The notes beneath the pieces are model-generated. The model was not told the DNA's origin and did not search any database. It saw only the letters and a program-made list of their open reading frames with translations. DNA of 64,000 nt from the human T2T-CHM13v2.0 reference genome, Homo sapiens. Both the position numbers and the translations under genes were made by a program. Below, in pieces: positions 43,072 to 58,297 of the stretch; the stretch's first letter is position 1, and every line of letters begins with the position of its first letter. The stretch lies in the NCBI RefSeq assembly GCF_009914755.1, contig NC_060929.1. The stretch is one strand, 5' to 3'.

Positions 43072-43937
43072 TACAATTATGGATTATCTTTTGTTTCTGA
43101 TTTTTGAAAGCTCCACGGATTAGCTGTGAACTGGGATGAATTATTGTGAAGCCTAATTGTTCTGCCTATAAACACCAGAGTCAGTATTTTGCCTCTGACT
43201 TCATGATACACTATTGTTATATATTTACAGACTCCATTCTTAAGATTTGCATTTGATCACTGATTAAGTTTTTTCCCCCAAAGTGGAACACACTTTATCA
43301 CCCTGGAAAGTAATGACTAGAGCTAAAGTTTTTATAACAGCCTCTATCTTTTCCAATTGTTTATAAAACTTTAAAATTAGGAAAAGACTGGAATAATTTA
43401 GAAATGCATTAAGGCAGTTATTTCCCGATTGGTTGCATTAAGTTACCACAGCTTCTAACATCTGTTTCTTTCAATATGTTAGCAAACTGCACCATCTCAG
43501 GTCGTTAGGACAGGAAGTGGCCAGGGCATCCCATTTTGCCTTTAAAGTAGTTCCAGTGTCCTCCAGGATGTAAGGATTCCAACATTAAACAATAGCTAAT
43601 GGTAGCTATGCTGCCAGGAAGAAAGATTTCAAAACAACAGATTAAGCAAGAAGACATACTCTTTTATGGTTCAAAGAATGTAAAATATAAGATGGTGTAA
43701 ATATTGAATGAAAGAGAATTGTTTTCATCTGATTGGAAACTTAGTACTAAATCTCTCAACTGAGATGAGTTCAGTAGTGTTGCAGATTTGAATGATTCTG
43801 ACCTGATTGCTGCTTCCTTCAAATGGCTGAGCCATGAGTCCTCACTACTGCCTGATAGGTTCTCATCTCTTTCTTTTTTCAGGAAGTTCGATATTTTAGA
43901 TTTTTAGCACACAGAGCAACTCCACAGGTCGTCTTCT

Positions 43938-44244
43938 GTTTTCTTCTTCTTTTTTTGTTTTTTGAGATAGGATCTTGCTCTGTTGCCCAGGCTGGAGTGC
44001 AGTGACACAGTCATAGTTGGCTGCAGCCTCATCCTCCTTGGCTCAAGTGACCCTCCCACCTCAGCCTCCTGAGTAGCTGGGACTACAGATATGTGCCACC
44101 ATGCCCAGCTAATTTTTTATTTTTTGTAGAGACAGCGTCTCCTTATATCGCCCAGGCTGATCTCTAACTCCTGGCCTCAAACTATCCTCCTGCCTTGGCC
44201 TCCCAAAGTGCTGGGATTACAGGTGTGAATCACTGCACCCAGTC
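43938..44244 (-). mobile_element. AluJ
   Basis: gtcatagttggctgcagcctc...ggctcaagtgaccctcccacctcagcc. Confidence 0.92.
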
Positions 44245-44535
44245 AATATGTGGTTTCTTAATCACCCAGAGCACCCAGCTCTATTGTTTGCCAAAGATCG
44301 TGTTCATGAGATACTCTGGCTGGAAAAGGTATCTTACAAGCTAAAAAATTTTTATGACAGAAGCTCTTGCTAAGAGCATTGAATTATGATGTTAATGTGA
44401 TGTCTCAATTTATGAAATTTACTTTATTAAGGGAATTAATATCATTATAACAATATTGATGATGGCATATCCTGAATTTACAAAGGACTTTTCTACCTGT
44501 TGACTCATTGGGAACCATCAGGGCGAAAGAGAACC

Positions 44536-45457
<922 letters not shown>

Positions 45458-47354
45458 AACCTAATAATTTAAGTAAATTTGACACCAATAGTTTTTATAC
45501 CTTTTTTGAAGCAGCCATGTGAAAAAATAGAAAGTGCCATGATATTAATGTAGTTATTGTGTAAAGAGCTGAGAAAGAGCTGTAGTTTACCAAGCATGTA
45601 GAACTAATAGTCTAAGAAGAACAGTTCAAAGAAACCCTGGATGAGTTCCCTGTCATTGAAACTTAAACCCACAGAACTGGGGTATGTTGATACATGACAC
45701 TAGAAGGGCCTCCACGGGACTGATTCTAGTAGGAAGAAAAGTTAAGTTGATTGAATGTCCATTGACAGCCATGACTGTTCCAGTGGTGTGAAGCTTAACT
45801 ATGTCCTAGGAGCTAGATATTTTTCAGCTCAGTGAGACAGAGCAATCATCCATGGTTTCACACAACCAGTACTTGGTTAGGGTGAAGCTTATCACCCAGA
45901 TCTGCCTGACTCTGTCACCAAGCCCTTTGCCTGAAGGTAGCAGTCACCTTTAGTAGCATAACAAGGTCTTTATCTGCGGAATAGACTGTATCAATCATTT
46001 CAACATCATTGCTGGTCAGTGATACAGAAACAAACTCAATTCAACTTGGATTCTCCCTGAATCCTGAAAATGTCCCTGAGTTCTGAAATGGTTTTGATGG
46101 AAGCTAGAGGTCAATGGTAATTATCAGGACAATGAATTGATACTTCTCAGACTTCTCGTCTACCTTCCTACCTACAACTCAAAGGGAGATATTCTTCTTT
46201 TTTTTCTTTTTTAAAAATAGATTATCAGGAAGAATCAGAAAGGCTCAATTGGGGTGCTGCAAGGCCTGATTACACAGAGTTATTAATCACGTTTCATTCT
46301 TCTCCAATCATCATGTTCTGATCTGCCCTCCAAAAGGAGAAACAGGTAAGGATGATCCCACCTGATGATGAAATAACATTCTGTACAGAAATATGATGTC
46401 AACACATTCAGTACTTAATTGTGAGGTTAGTAATGTAAGAATAACCACGTAGGGGCAGGGAAAGTCAGAGATGCTAGAACCAGGATCTCGAATCATAGAT
46501 TTCAGATTCTTGCAAATGGGAACGGCTAATGTGTTCGCTATTGGGTATCAAATAATGTATTCCTATACTGTACCTCTCCAAGTAATACCCACATCCCATT
46601 GTAGTACTTTTTCATTCTTGTAAGTTAAAAAAGTTAATTTAGCTTTTTCTCAAATTGGGAGGGGTTGGCCAGAGAAGAGAAAAATTTCTATGTGCAAAAG
46701 GAAGCAATTTTAAATGCTTTTTGGTTTGTTCACCTTCACAATGCCTTGTATCCTCCTCAACCAAGGTCTCATATTACTTCAGGAACAAGGTGAAGTTTAA
46801 GGTAATGTTGATTATATTTATGGCTTTCCTGAGGGGGAAAGAGAGACAGAAGTTGCTCATCCAAGAGCATCACATGAAAGGAATATTGAGCCGAGAATAA
46901 AATGCTCAGATCCAGAGACTTCACCTTCCTTGTGCTTACCCAATACCTTAATTATGCAGAACAAATTCATTGCATGTCATCTCCCCTTTAGCTTTGATGC
47001 CCATTTTCCTTACAGATATTTACATGAAAATAGCATCATTGTTTATTAAGAATTTGTTTTTATTCTTCTTTCTGAGGGCAACACTCCCTTTAAAAACAGT
47101 GACTTTGGTCACCAAACCCTGAGGGATAGACCCACATTGTCCTGATTCTAACAATGCTGATTAGTTGACAGGGAAACATGGAACTTCACAGCTAACATCA
47201 AAGTGAGTTAAAATAGACAAGCTTTTAGCATAATTGGAAGTTATAATATTCATGAAAAATAACTTCTGCTGATAAATTTTGTGTTAATTCTCCATAATGG
47301 GCGACTGTTGGCCTTCTCAGATAGGCTGATGGTTTCAAAAAAGATCGGGTAAAC

Positions 47355-47458
47355 AGACTTCTTTAAAGGATCTTGCACTCTGACAAATAATTAAATATAC
47401 TTTAGAAGATTTCTTTAAGGGATCTTGGATTCTGACACATTATTTAAGAAATCTTAAC
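47355..47458. repeat. Diverged 52-bp tandem duplication
   Basis: agacttctttaaaggatcttgcactctgacaaataatt / agatttctttaagggatcttggattctgacacattatt. Confidence 0.8.
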
Positions 47459-47479
47459 AATATTATTTATAACTAAAGC

Positions 47480-47690
47480 TTGATTTTGAGCCCTTGCTTT
47501 AAGCTAGGGACTGTGCTAACCACTTGGCATCCATATTAACACACTTAATCATTACCACAGTAGTTGAGGCAGGACTTTTTATTGTCTACATTTTACAGGT
47601 GAAGAATTTGTGTAGCAGAGAGGCTAAACAGCTCATCCCAGAAAACATAGGCAGTCAACTGGCAGAGCAGAGGTCTGAGCTTGGGGAGTC
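47480..47690 (-). mobile_element. MIR
   Basis: actgtgctaaccactt...cattttacaggtgaagaa...cagagaggctaaaca. Confidence 0.7.
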
Positions 47691-48980
47691 TGCCATTATT
47701 GGTAGTGGACTTCATTAGCTGTTTAAAAACTCTACTACCTCCCAACCGTAATCCCATTGGTTGTTCATTCATAAAAGTCAAAATTAAAAAAAATATTAAT
47801 TGTTAAAGAGCTGGAGAGTAAAAATTTCATTGCATAAGCAAAAATTTCCCACAGTGGACTCTTTTGTCTCATTATGCCAATTCTAAAATAAATTAGAGCC
47901 CTATTTTTTTGGCTTCTTTGTGCAAGGGCGGAATGAGCTTCAGAGCATCATTTGTTTTTGTAGTGACTTCAGGCATATCAATCCTCAGTGAAATGACAGT
48001 CATAGGACTGGCGGAGACGTTGGCTGACCCACAGAAAGCAAACCGGCTCTCACATGTTTCTTGCTCTCTCCAGAGCACACATCCATCCTTAAAGCTGTTT
48101 GGTGGAAAAGCCTCATTCAATAGTGAGACAGAATCAAGGGCCAGTGGGTGAGGAACAAGTCCTTCTAGAAGATATTTGTGCAAAGGGTTCAGTAGGGAGA
48201 AAAGTTGTTCTCCTCTAATGTCCTCTTAAGGAACAGCACGCTTTTCTCTGCCAAAGAAATAATTCTGTCTTCAGAGAGCTGCCACAGGGAATGTCCTTGA
48301 GTCCAAGTGGGCTGTCTCCTTAGGGGTGTGCTTGGGTGTCTATATCTGCTGCATATGTGCAGAGAATGATGCAGGAGGCTTTTCAAAATGGAAAAGTGAC
48401 TGGAACTGGTGATGAGCTGAAACGATAAAGGCAAACTGAAGTAAACAATATTTCATTTTAAAGAAAGGACAGAATGATACTCTCTTGGAGTTCATATTTT
48501 TCACCAAAACTGCCTCAGGATTAATCACAGGCCTATCTTTACAAACATAGCTTCCAGCATGGCCGGATTAGATTGGATCTGTTTTCTCATCTCCACCATT
48601 CAAAGAATATCATATATTTTAACTTTTGTGAAAACTCCCCTTAATAAAGACAAAAGTAGTAATTAACAGTCTCAGCAGCTTAGCTGCCAAGAGTCCCTAT
48701 GGCTCTTCCCTGCTTATAGATCTACAAGGACAGGCGCTGCCTACCAACAACCCTGGAACAACATTTTTTCCTCTTTTACTTGTTCTCCATGTACCTTATA
48801 ACCAGTTCAGGATTACTACTATCCAATAAAAAGGTTTAAATTTTTTTTCATTATTATGCTAGAAAATTGGTGATCAAATATATCTTTTAAATGCAAAACA
48901 TGCTTTTGAGTAAGAGTCATTTCAATGAGGTGCTTTATATCAGGATTTTCATCCTCACACTAATCTTGAGATGGCTGGAC

Positions 48981-48983
<3 letters not shown>

Positions 48984-49011
<28 letters not shown>
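48984..49011. repeat. (TG)n microsatellite
   Basis: TG run. Confidence 0.9.
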
Positions 49012-49734
49012 CATGCACATGTGAATGTGTATGCATAGGTGAGCATGAGTGTGCTGGCTCAGTACCTGAACATCCAGGGTGCAATATTTATTAAGGAGGC
49101 CCTCAGTCTTGTGCAAGCGCAAGATTTGTATTTTCCAGTGAGCACCTCCTTAAATATTGGCCTTAAGCGTCTCGTACCACACCCATTCTCTAATAGAAGG
49201 GGTGAGAGGTGGAGGAATTGCTGGCTTAGTTTCCTGTCCCCTCATGGATAGTGGAGGCCTGTGATACCGCAGATGGGTAAAGTCTGTGAGCTAGGCTAGA
49301 TATGGTAGTGCTGTCACCTCGCCAAGATACTAAAAGGGAAAGAAGCTAAAGCAGATTTGCAAAATTTGCGATGAGTTTAAAATGTCTGCAATTTAACTCA
49401 TTGATGCCTCCAACAATGTTTTATAATTGTGTCATTCACAAATTAATTCTATGATAAAATGTGAATTCATAGTACATTCTAGGTGGTACAATTTATGAAT
49501 GGGAGTCATGTTTAAAGTTGTCAGATAAAAATATTCTCTCAAAGCTGCTAGCATATCTTCCTGGCTGCATGCACCCACTCATTTATTGATTAAGGCCAGG
49601 AGTCTGCATTTGAGACCCTCCAGCTCTCTGGAGCCTGAGGCAAGTGACCCATTAGCCCCTTACCTCCTCTGCATAGGTTCCATATTTGGGGGTCTAAGTG
49701 GCAAACAGCTATGGGCCAAGCTGGTTTTGAGAAA

Positions 49735-50192
49735 TGTTTTAGTCAGTGTTCTCTAAAGAGACAGAACTAATAGGATAGATGTATATATAAAGGGGAGTTT
49801 TTTAAGGAGTAGTGACTCGCACGATCACAAGCTGAGGTCCCACAACAGGCCATCTGCAAGCTGAGGAGCAGGGAAGCCAGTCCGAGCCCCAAAGCTGAAG
49901 AACTTGGAGTCCGATGTTTGAGGGCAGGAAGCAGCCAGCATGGGAGAAAGATGTAGGCCAGAAGACAAAATCAGTCTAGTCTTTCCATGTTTTTCTGCCT
50001 GCTTTTATTCTAGCTGCTTTGGCATGGTTGATTAGACGGTGCCCACCTAGACTGAGGGTGGGTCTGCCTTTCCCAGTCCACTGACTCAAATGTTAATCTC
50101 CTTAGGCAACAAACACCCTCACAGACACACCCAGAAACAATACTTTGCATCCTTCAATCCAATCGGGTTGACACTCAATATTAACTATCACA
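49735..50192 (-). mobile_element. MLT2A1-like solo LTR (HERV-L)
   Basis: tgttttagtcagtgttctctaaagagacagaactaatagg...ttgacactcaatattaactatcaca; perfect TSD AGAAA; lacks the internal block present in the copy at 3850. Confidence 0.92.
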
Positions 50193-50366
50193 AGAAATAA
50201 ATACCCAATCCCGGCAACCTCCTACTCAAAGGGGCTCTGCAGAGAAGCAAAGCCCAGGGTGACTTCTGAGCAGCAGCAGGGAACCCCAAATGGAGTTTAA
50301 CCTTCAGGTAAAGAAGAGAAACTGACCAAGGCACTCATCCTGCGAAACAGTGACCTTCAAATCAGG

Positions 50367-50537
50367 CAGTGGCTTTCCACTGGCTGTGTGCTAGGACCCC
50401 TTGGGGGAACTTTAAAATCTATACGTCCCCAGGAATCTCCCCAGACCCATGAAATCAGAATCTGTCGAGATGGGTTGGACATTTCTAGTTTTACAAAGCT
50501 CTCCAGGTGATGCTAAGGTGCAACTAGGGTTGGAAGG
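50367..50537. mobile_element. MER5A (hAT-Charlie)
   Basis: ccccagacccatgaaatcagaatct...ttttacaaagctctccaggtgatgctaa. Confidence 0.75.
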
Positions 50538-52889
50538 TATATTCTGGCGAGCTACCAGGCTGGCCAGGTACCTTTACCATTTATTTCTGCAGAAATCTGT
50601 GACCTTTGTTTTGGTGGAGACGGAGGGGGAAGGCCCTAAAGGGCAAGGAGAATGGAGGATTCCTAGAAAAGGCACCATTTCCTGGTTGAGTACAGCCTGG
50701 TAGGCAGGAGTGATTGTTCGGGAGTGAATGGGAAATCCATCATCCTTTCAATGAGAAATGGATAGGGAAATGAAATCATATTTCCTAGCTTCCTTTCATA
50801 CTCCCTAACTTCTGTGCTACAGCTGCAATAAATTCTGAACCCTGTGCCCCAAAGATGTATGAGGACAGAAAGTAGCTAATGAAGTTCCTTTTCCTGATCA
50901 TCAAAGACAGCGGTAATGATTTCACTTCCATCCCAGGCCTGGTGGCCGAGGGGATGCTGGTTCCCAGATGAGAAAGATCGAGTTGACTGGAGATGAGGTT
51001 GCTTGCTTCCATGGTTTTAAACTTCAGCTCATCTCTCAAGCTCGGGTGTTGCCAAAAACAAAGACAAACAACACACCAGAAAATTACATAAACTGTTCTG
51101 GAAACCTATGAGATATTTAGGTTGTATCTGAAAACAATGGAAAAAAATTCCAAACATAATTGGAAACTTTCCCCATCGATTTTCTCAGAATCCCAAAGGA
51201 CTAAATCCAAATTTCTGGGACAGGTCTGTGGGTAATATAAATGTTAAGAGTGGCCTGTCCTGAGATGCTAAGATTCTGGAACTGACCAAACAATGGCAAC
51301 CTAGGTGCTTTGCCCTTAAAAATACTGTGTAGGTGTATTAAAAATACCCAAAGAAAGCCTCTTAGCAGATACACATGACAGTCAGACCCTTCTGCCTTAG
51401 ATGCTTAGGCAGGTTTTCTCCTTCAAAAAAAAAAAACAACAGATTTCATATTAGGCATGTGTGTGTGTGTGTGTCCAGGAAATCATTGACCTGCTTCTGG
51501 TTTGATACTGTAGAAAAACAATTCTTCATACATATATAATGAGTATATGGAGCAACATAGTGGAAAGAACATAAATATGGTGGTACTCTATACCTGATTT
51601 CATTTCTGATTGGCCCATTTACCAGCGGGTTGACTTGTTCTCTCACCTCTAAGATGAGATAAGAAGACCTCTCTGGCACATTGATGGTAGTCAGTCAATA
51701 TAAGCCATTTCTTTTTTCCCTGTGACATGAAATAAGACAAATGTAAAACATTTAGCCCACTACCTGACACATAGTAGGTGCTTAACAAATGTCAGAAATT
51801 ATTGTGTCTTTGTATCAAAAGCATTCTCTAGCATATAAAATATGCTGAAAATTTCTTTCTGATGCATGAATTAGTGTCTGCACCATAATATATAACTCTG
51901 ATGTCTTGTTCACTTTGTGCTAGGCACTGTTGTAACTGCTTAACTTCTGTGAATGAAATCCAATCTTCTTAATAACACAACGATACAGATAATATTATGA
52001 AAGCATTTGATAGAGGGGAACACTGGGGCAACAAAGACTCAAGTAGTTTTGCCCCAGGAAGGGCCTCTGCCGTACCGTAATGCCTGCCTATACCAGGTAT
52101 ATTTTCACCCTGATCTTCCAATGACAACATATCCATGTTGACTAACAGTGGAGCATTTCCTGGGGGAGATTCAAACCAGGGTGTAGAGAAAACAGCCAAT
52201 GGGATGGATGGAAGGTTTTGTTCGACGTACCTAGTCTGGGAGACTTTGTTCTAAGTGTCTTCTTAGAGGTTTTCTATTTTGGGGAGGGAGGACTTTCCTC
52301 ATACACGTATTTAAGGCTTTCCCGAAAGCGAAGTCAAGCCAACAAATAACAGAGCTACCTGCAGTTCTCAGCATGAACATGCGCTGGCATGTAGGTGGCA
52401 GAGCTTTCTCTAGGTCCACATGCTTCTTGAAGGCTGGTTGTGTCCACTGAAACACCCAGTGTGTCCATCCTGGCCACCCACTGTGATTTATTCACGGGCC
52501 ATTTGCTGGCCGTGTGGTGCCAGCTGGGTGGACCTGGCCCTTAGCTACATTCTCTGAGGTCAGAATCTTGGTATGTGAAGACAAATCTTGGTATGTCCTG
52601 TGTAAAGACATTGACGTAAATAAATGAATCCCTGTGTCTCATCTTGACAGTGTAAAGTACCTTGAGGTGATAGAAATAGGCTCCATCTGGTACGTGTTTT
52701 GGTAAAGCTGGTTTTACTGCTCCTGTGACCTATCTATTTTGGCTCTGTGCTTCCCATTCTCAGGAAATGGAAATGTTGTGGGTAGGTCTGGGTCACGGTG
52801 GAAAAATCATAGGTTGCACCCCTTTTGTTATCTAGCCTTTCATTATACAAATTGAAATTGTTATCTTTTTCCTCCCGAGTCAAATGCTT

Positions 52890-52912
52890 TGTGTGTGTGT
52901 GTGTGTGTGTGT
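52890..52912. repeat. (TG)n microsatellite
   Basis: TG run. Confidence 0.9.
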
Positions 52913-55900
52913 TTTAAATCTTAGCCAATAAAGAAAAAGTTTGAGGAGGAAAACACTATAATTTTAAAGTTCAAACTGTCAGGAAAGGAAAAGGGTCACT
53001 TTGATTATGCCACCGTGTGTGGTAAATGAAAAGGTCTGAATTTCTCGTAAATCATCACTCTTCATAACAAATATATCAGTGTTCTTTTGTTCCTTTCTGC
53101 CCTAACCTAGAGAATTACATTTTCTCAGGTTGTCCGTTTCTTTATCAATGGCAGATGCATTCCTCCTCCTCCTTTGGAAATAGCGTTTTGATTCAAACAT
53201 CACTTGTTTCTATTGCATTTTGCTGATGAGATGAATCATAAGATGAGGGGAACTGATGCATTTTTGTTTTTCTTTCCCTGAAAGCAAACACTTTGGGGCA
53301 GCCTCCAGGGCATTTACAGCCCACATGTAACTCGTTAAAGGTTCATTAAAAAACTCTTAAATTGAATTTGTTTGTGTAACCAGTGTTTATATTTCTCTAG
53401 TTGATGATTTATCACTTAAGCTACAGTAGCACTCCCCATAAGACATGTCCAGGCTGTGAGGGGGACTCAGACTCGCCCATGTTTCTTTATGTCTTGGTTT
53501 GCAGGTCGCCTGGATGTGGACCATCCAATTTGCTCGGAAGTTTCCTGGCTTCTGTTGCAGAAGGAAATGTCTTTGTAAAGGCAGATTCTGTAATGTGAGG
53601 AGTTTCATGCACAGAGATTTTCGAGCAAATTAGTGGCTTACTCACTTTGTCTGAATAAGGGAGCTGAAATGTCATGATATTCTTTCAAATGATGTGCTCA
53701 GCAGGTTTGGGAAAATGCAATTTGCGTAGCACAATTGTGTTTGTAAAGCATTTTTGTGCGTGCAATTTTTGGAGCCTCAAATTGACTCTGTGAGGCAAGT
53801 AGGGTGGGGACTCTGAGACAAACAGTGTTTTTTTTTCTTTACATCGATGTTCAAAGTTCTCAGTGGTTAGGAGGCTGGACTTTCACTCAATAATTGTAGA
53901 GTTTCTAAATAGCTGAAGCAGAGTTTGAAAAAACTCTTACTTAAGTCTAGTATCTTATATAACATTTTCTGCTCCCCTGACCACAGCTGCCATTTTTAGA
54001 ATTTAAAATTTCATCAGGAATTGGTAATCATATGTTGAGGTGGAGGTGGAAACTGCTTTTGTCTTTACTTTGTTTTCATGTGAAGGCACCTAAGTTAGAG
54101 TAACGTTCCTGGCCTGATACGTTTACCCTTACTATAGGTATGTCGTGAATTTGGGGGAAGTAACTGGACATGCTCATGTTGTCTTTTCTCGGTATTAAAG
54201 CTGACAATTTGATATCTATGTTAGACCCAGTGTTTAGACTCCATAATTCATAATTTGGTCCAAGAAGTTATGGTGCTTGATTTTTACTAGAACTCCCATC
54301 TCTCCTCCTTATCCCTCTACCCCACCCCATGCGACCCCCATGCTCACAAAACTGTAGCAAAGCAATTTTCCCCCTAGCCAAAATTGTTGGCTTGCTATCC
54401 ATTTTGCTTTTCAGATTTTTATGGTTGGAGGAGAATGGTAAAATATAAAGATGCCTTTAAAATTTGTTATTGATGTGTTGAGTTGTAACCAACTCAGGAA
54501 TTTTTTGGTGGGGGACATGGCTAGGGACAATGTCTTATTCTTCTTTGTATTTTCCTGAATATAGGTAAGTTCTCATTGTTTAGGAGCTTGAATTGAGTTG
54601 AACGAGACAAGTAATTGTTGCTATGGCTGCCTTTCCTTGGGTGTAACTATTTTACCTGCAAATTCTACTACCTGTCCTTTTACATTGCTTAAACATATAT
54701 ATATACACACACATACACACACACATACATATATATTCTAATTATATAAGTTACAGCTGCTTGGTGCAAGATGTGAAATATTTAAAAATATGACAAAAAG
54801 TTATCAACGGAGATGACTGCTATTAGTAATTTGATGTATTTCCTTTCAGTTTTCTTCGTGTCTGCCTTTCCTCTGACTGTCTTTCTCTATATTTGGCCCA
54901 ATTTGGCTCTTATCTCTCCATGTTTTCTTAGTCTAAACATCAATATCATCTTTTCTCTATGGATACTGTTTTCTCACTCCTCATTATGAGTATTTTTCTT
55001 GGTTCTTCAATATCTTCTTGAAAAATTTTAACAAGGTATCTTATCCTCTCATACATTATTAGGAGTTATATTTTGGTTGATGTTTAAATTGTTTCAAGTT
55101 GTGAATAATGCTGCAATGACCATCCTTGAATACAAACCTCTGATCAAAGCTTTATTTCCTTAGCTGTAGTGTTACAGGACAAATAGGTATGCCTAATTTT
55201 TGGTCCCTTGGTAATTACTAACCATTAATTTTTCTGAGCTTTTGGACTCTGGGATGAATAATTCAAGTCTTTTGACCCAGATGCCTTTCAAAAGCTCATC
55301 CCAAAGGCCGCTGGTTTTTATGTTGCTTGTGTGATTCTCAATGATGTGGGATTCCCTTGGCCTAAGAGACATGCGTGCGTACACATAAATGCACAAGTGA
55401 TTATCATTTACACTGATCATAAACGCTCATAGAAAACTAATTTACACAGTCATATCTTGCAAAAATTTTGATACAATTACTTTAATTTCAAGTTTTCACA
55501 AGAGCAAAACATGAAAGTCTCCAACAGTCTTTTTGTTTCTGTGCTAACATTGGCATTTCGGCTAGCAGAGGTTACAGGTCTGAGAGTTGGCCTCTCCAGG
55601 TGTCAGGGTTGTTTCAGGTCTAACTATTCCAGGTAACTTCTGAGATGAAGGCGAGACTCAGTGAAAGGCTCCTCACTTGTTTACACTCCGAAGGTTGACC
55701 ATATTCATCACAACCAAAACAATGATTTGAAGGTTGTGTATTTGTAGTTTCTTGGAAGGTTTGGCCATGCTGGTCACAACAAAGCAAAATTGTGGGTCTA
55801 AATGTTATTCCATTGCTCAACTAGGGCCCTCCCCAACTGCTTCTTTAAAGCAGAGAAGTGAGGATTGATGGTATTGGCATAATTCTCATTGTTCCTATAG

Positions 55901-56983
55901 TGGGAATTTTTCAGTAAACTCAGCCCTAGTATTTACAGTGGTTATAAGGACACCACTGTGGTGAAAGTGGTTACTGTAAACCATAAACCATGCATGGCAA
56001 AAAATTGGCATGCAGGCCACCACCCCCTCCTCCCAATGCCAGGGCAGATGTGCAGTGATTCGCTGCATTCCGTGCCCCTGAGAATCCTCAGTAGGATGTG
56101 CCAGTGACCAGAGATCAGGGACTGTCCATGAATTGGAATCTGTTTGCCGTTCCTGCCTTAAACTGTGGATATACTGGCTTTGGAAAGAAGAGACGGCTGA
56201 AGAAGCCCTTGATGATGTTTTTTGAATCACTTTAATACTCTTCTGTCTCTTTAACTTAAAAAAATTTAGTTGTGGTAAATACACATAATGTAAATTCACC
56301 ATCTTAAACATTTTAAAATGTACGGTTCAGTGGTGTGAAATGCATTATTGCTATTGGGCAACCGATCTCAGGACTCCATTTTCATCTTGCAAAATGGAAA
56401 CTCTATATCCATTAAACAACTCCCCATTCTCTCCTGTCAACTATTACTCTACTTTCTGTCTCTAAAATTTGACTACTCTAGGTAGGTCATAGAAGTTGGA
56501 ATCAAAGAGTGTTTTTGTTTCTGGAACTAGCTTATTTCCCTTTAATGTCCTCAAAGTTTATCCACGTTGCAGCATGTGTCAGAATTTTCTTCCTTTTAAA
56601 GAATTGATAATAATCCATTGTGTGTGTGTGTATATATATATATATTTTTCCCACATTTTGTTTATTTATTTATCTGTGAATGGACACTTGTGTTGCTTGC
56701 ATCTTTTGGCTATTATAGATAATGCTGCCATGAATATGGGTGTGCAGGTATCTCTTTGAGAGCCCGCTTTCAATTCTTTCAGATATGTATTCAAATGTAG
56801 AATTGTAGATCACAAGGCAGTTCTATTTTTTTAATATTTTGAGGAACTGTTATACTGTTTTTCTTAGCAGTGGCACCATTTTACATTCCCACAAACAATG
56901 CACAAAGGTCCCAATTTCTCCACATCCTGGCTGACACTTGTTATTATTTTTTTGATTGTGGCATCCCAATGGTCATGAGGCAG

Positions 56984-57334
56984 TATATTAGTCTGCTTTC
57001 ACACTGCTGATAAAGACACAACCAAGACTGAAAGAAAAAGAGTTATAATGGACTAACAGTTCCACGTGGCTGGGGAGGCCTCACAATCATGGCAGAAGGC
57101 AAGGAGGAGCAAGTCACATCTTACATGGATGGCAGCAGGTAAAGAGAGAACTTGTGCAGGGAAACTCCCATTTTCAGATCTCTTGAGACTGATTCACTAT
57201 CACAAGAACAGGACAGGAAAGACCTGCCCCCATAATTCAATCACCTCCCATTGGGTTCCTCTCATGACACATGGGAATTGTGGGAGTTACAATTCAAGAT
57301 GAGACTTGGGTGGGGACACAGCTGAATCATATCA
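56984..57334 (-). mobile_element. THE1A/B solo LTR
   Basis: cagttccacgtggctggggaggcctcacaatcatggcagaaggcaaggaggagcaagtcacatc...ggggacacagctgaatcatatca; TSD ggcag/ggtgg (consistent with CpG decay of ggcgg). Confidence 0.92.
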
Positions 57335-57465
57335 GGTGGCATGTCACTGTGGCTTTGATTTCCATTTCCCTAATGATCAGTGATGTGTTTTCATGTGTTT
57401 ATTGGCCATTTGTATATCTTATCTGAAGAAATTTCTATTCAAATTCTTTGCCCATTTTTGTATTT

Positions 57466-57501
<36 letters not shown>
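57466..57501. repeat. (TG)n microsatellite
   Basis: TG run within L1. Confidence 0.9.
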
Positions 57502-57502
<1 letters not shown>

Positions 57503-58297
57503 GTAGGAGTTACCTCTATGTTCTAGATATTAACTCCTTATCAGATATGTAATTTGCAAATATTTTCTTTCATTCCCTGGGTTGCATTTGCACTCTGTTG
57601 ATTGTTTTCTTTGATGCACAAAAGTTTTTCAGTTTTATGTACTGAATTTTTTCTACTTTTGCCTGTGTTGCCTGTGCTTTTGGTGTCATGTCCAAGAAAT
57701 CATTGCCAAATCCAGTGTCACAAAGTTTTACCTCTATATTTTTTTTAAAGAGCTTTATAGTTTAAGCTCTTACTGTGTCTTTAATACATTTTGAGTTAAT
57801 TTTTGTATATGGTGTAAAGTGAGGGTTCAACTTTACTCTTTTGTATGTTGATATTAAGTTTTCCCAGCACCATGTATTGAAAAGACTGTCCTTTCATTAT
57901 TGAATAGTCTTGGCACCCTTGTCAAAATCAATTAACCATATATGTGAGGGTTTATTTCTGGCTTCTATATTCTCCATTGGCCCATATGTCTGTCTTTATG
58001 CCAGAACTACACTGTTTTGATTACTGTAGTTTTGTAATAGGCTTTAAAATCAGGAAGTTTGAGACCTCCAGCCTGTTCTTTTTCAAGATTGTTTTGGCTT
58101 AACACTATTTTAAGCAAATTTATGTTAAATCTATAAAGTTTATATCATGGAACTTTTTCCACTCTATTTACCAAACAAAATTTCCCACTGAAGTGGCTTT
58201 TTTTAAAAAATAAATAACTGCAAATCTGTTAACTATTTTAGGTACATTGATTCTTTGAAATTATTTGCCTATCCTCATGGCTTATTGGAAAACTTCA

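Larger units (their letters stand above)
56257..58100 (-). mobile_element. L1MB (MB3-like) 3' portion interrupted by THE1
   Basis: gttgtggtaaatacacataatgtaaattcaccatcttaa...ttttcatcttgcaaaatggaaactctata...tctttttcaagattgttttggct. Confidence 0.9.

Noticed and set aside
52563-52596. Short tandem duplications (aatcttggtatgt x2; similar near 1590, 26490 and 42050)
   Set aside because: Ordinary replication-slippage products with no further structure.
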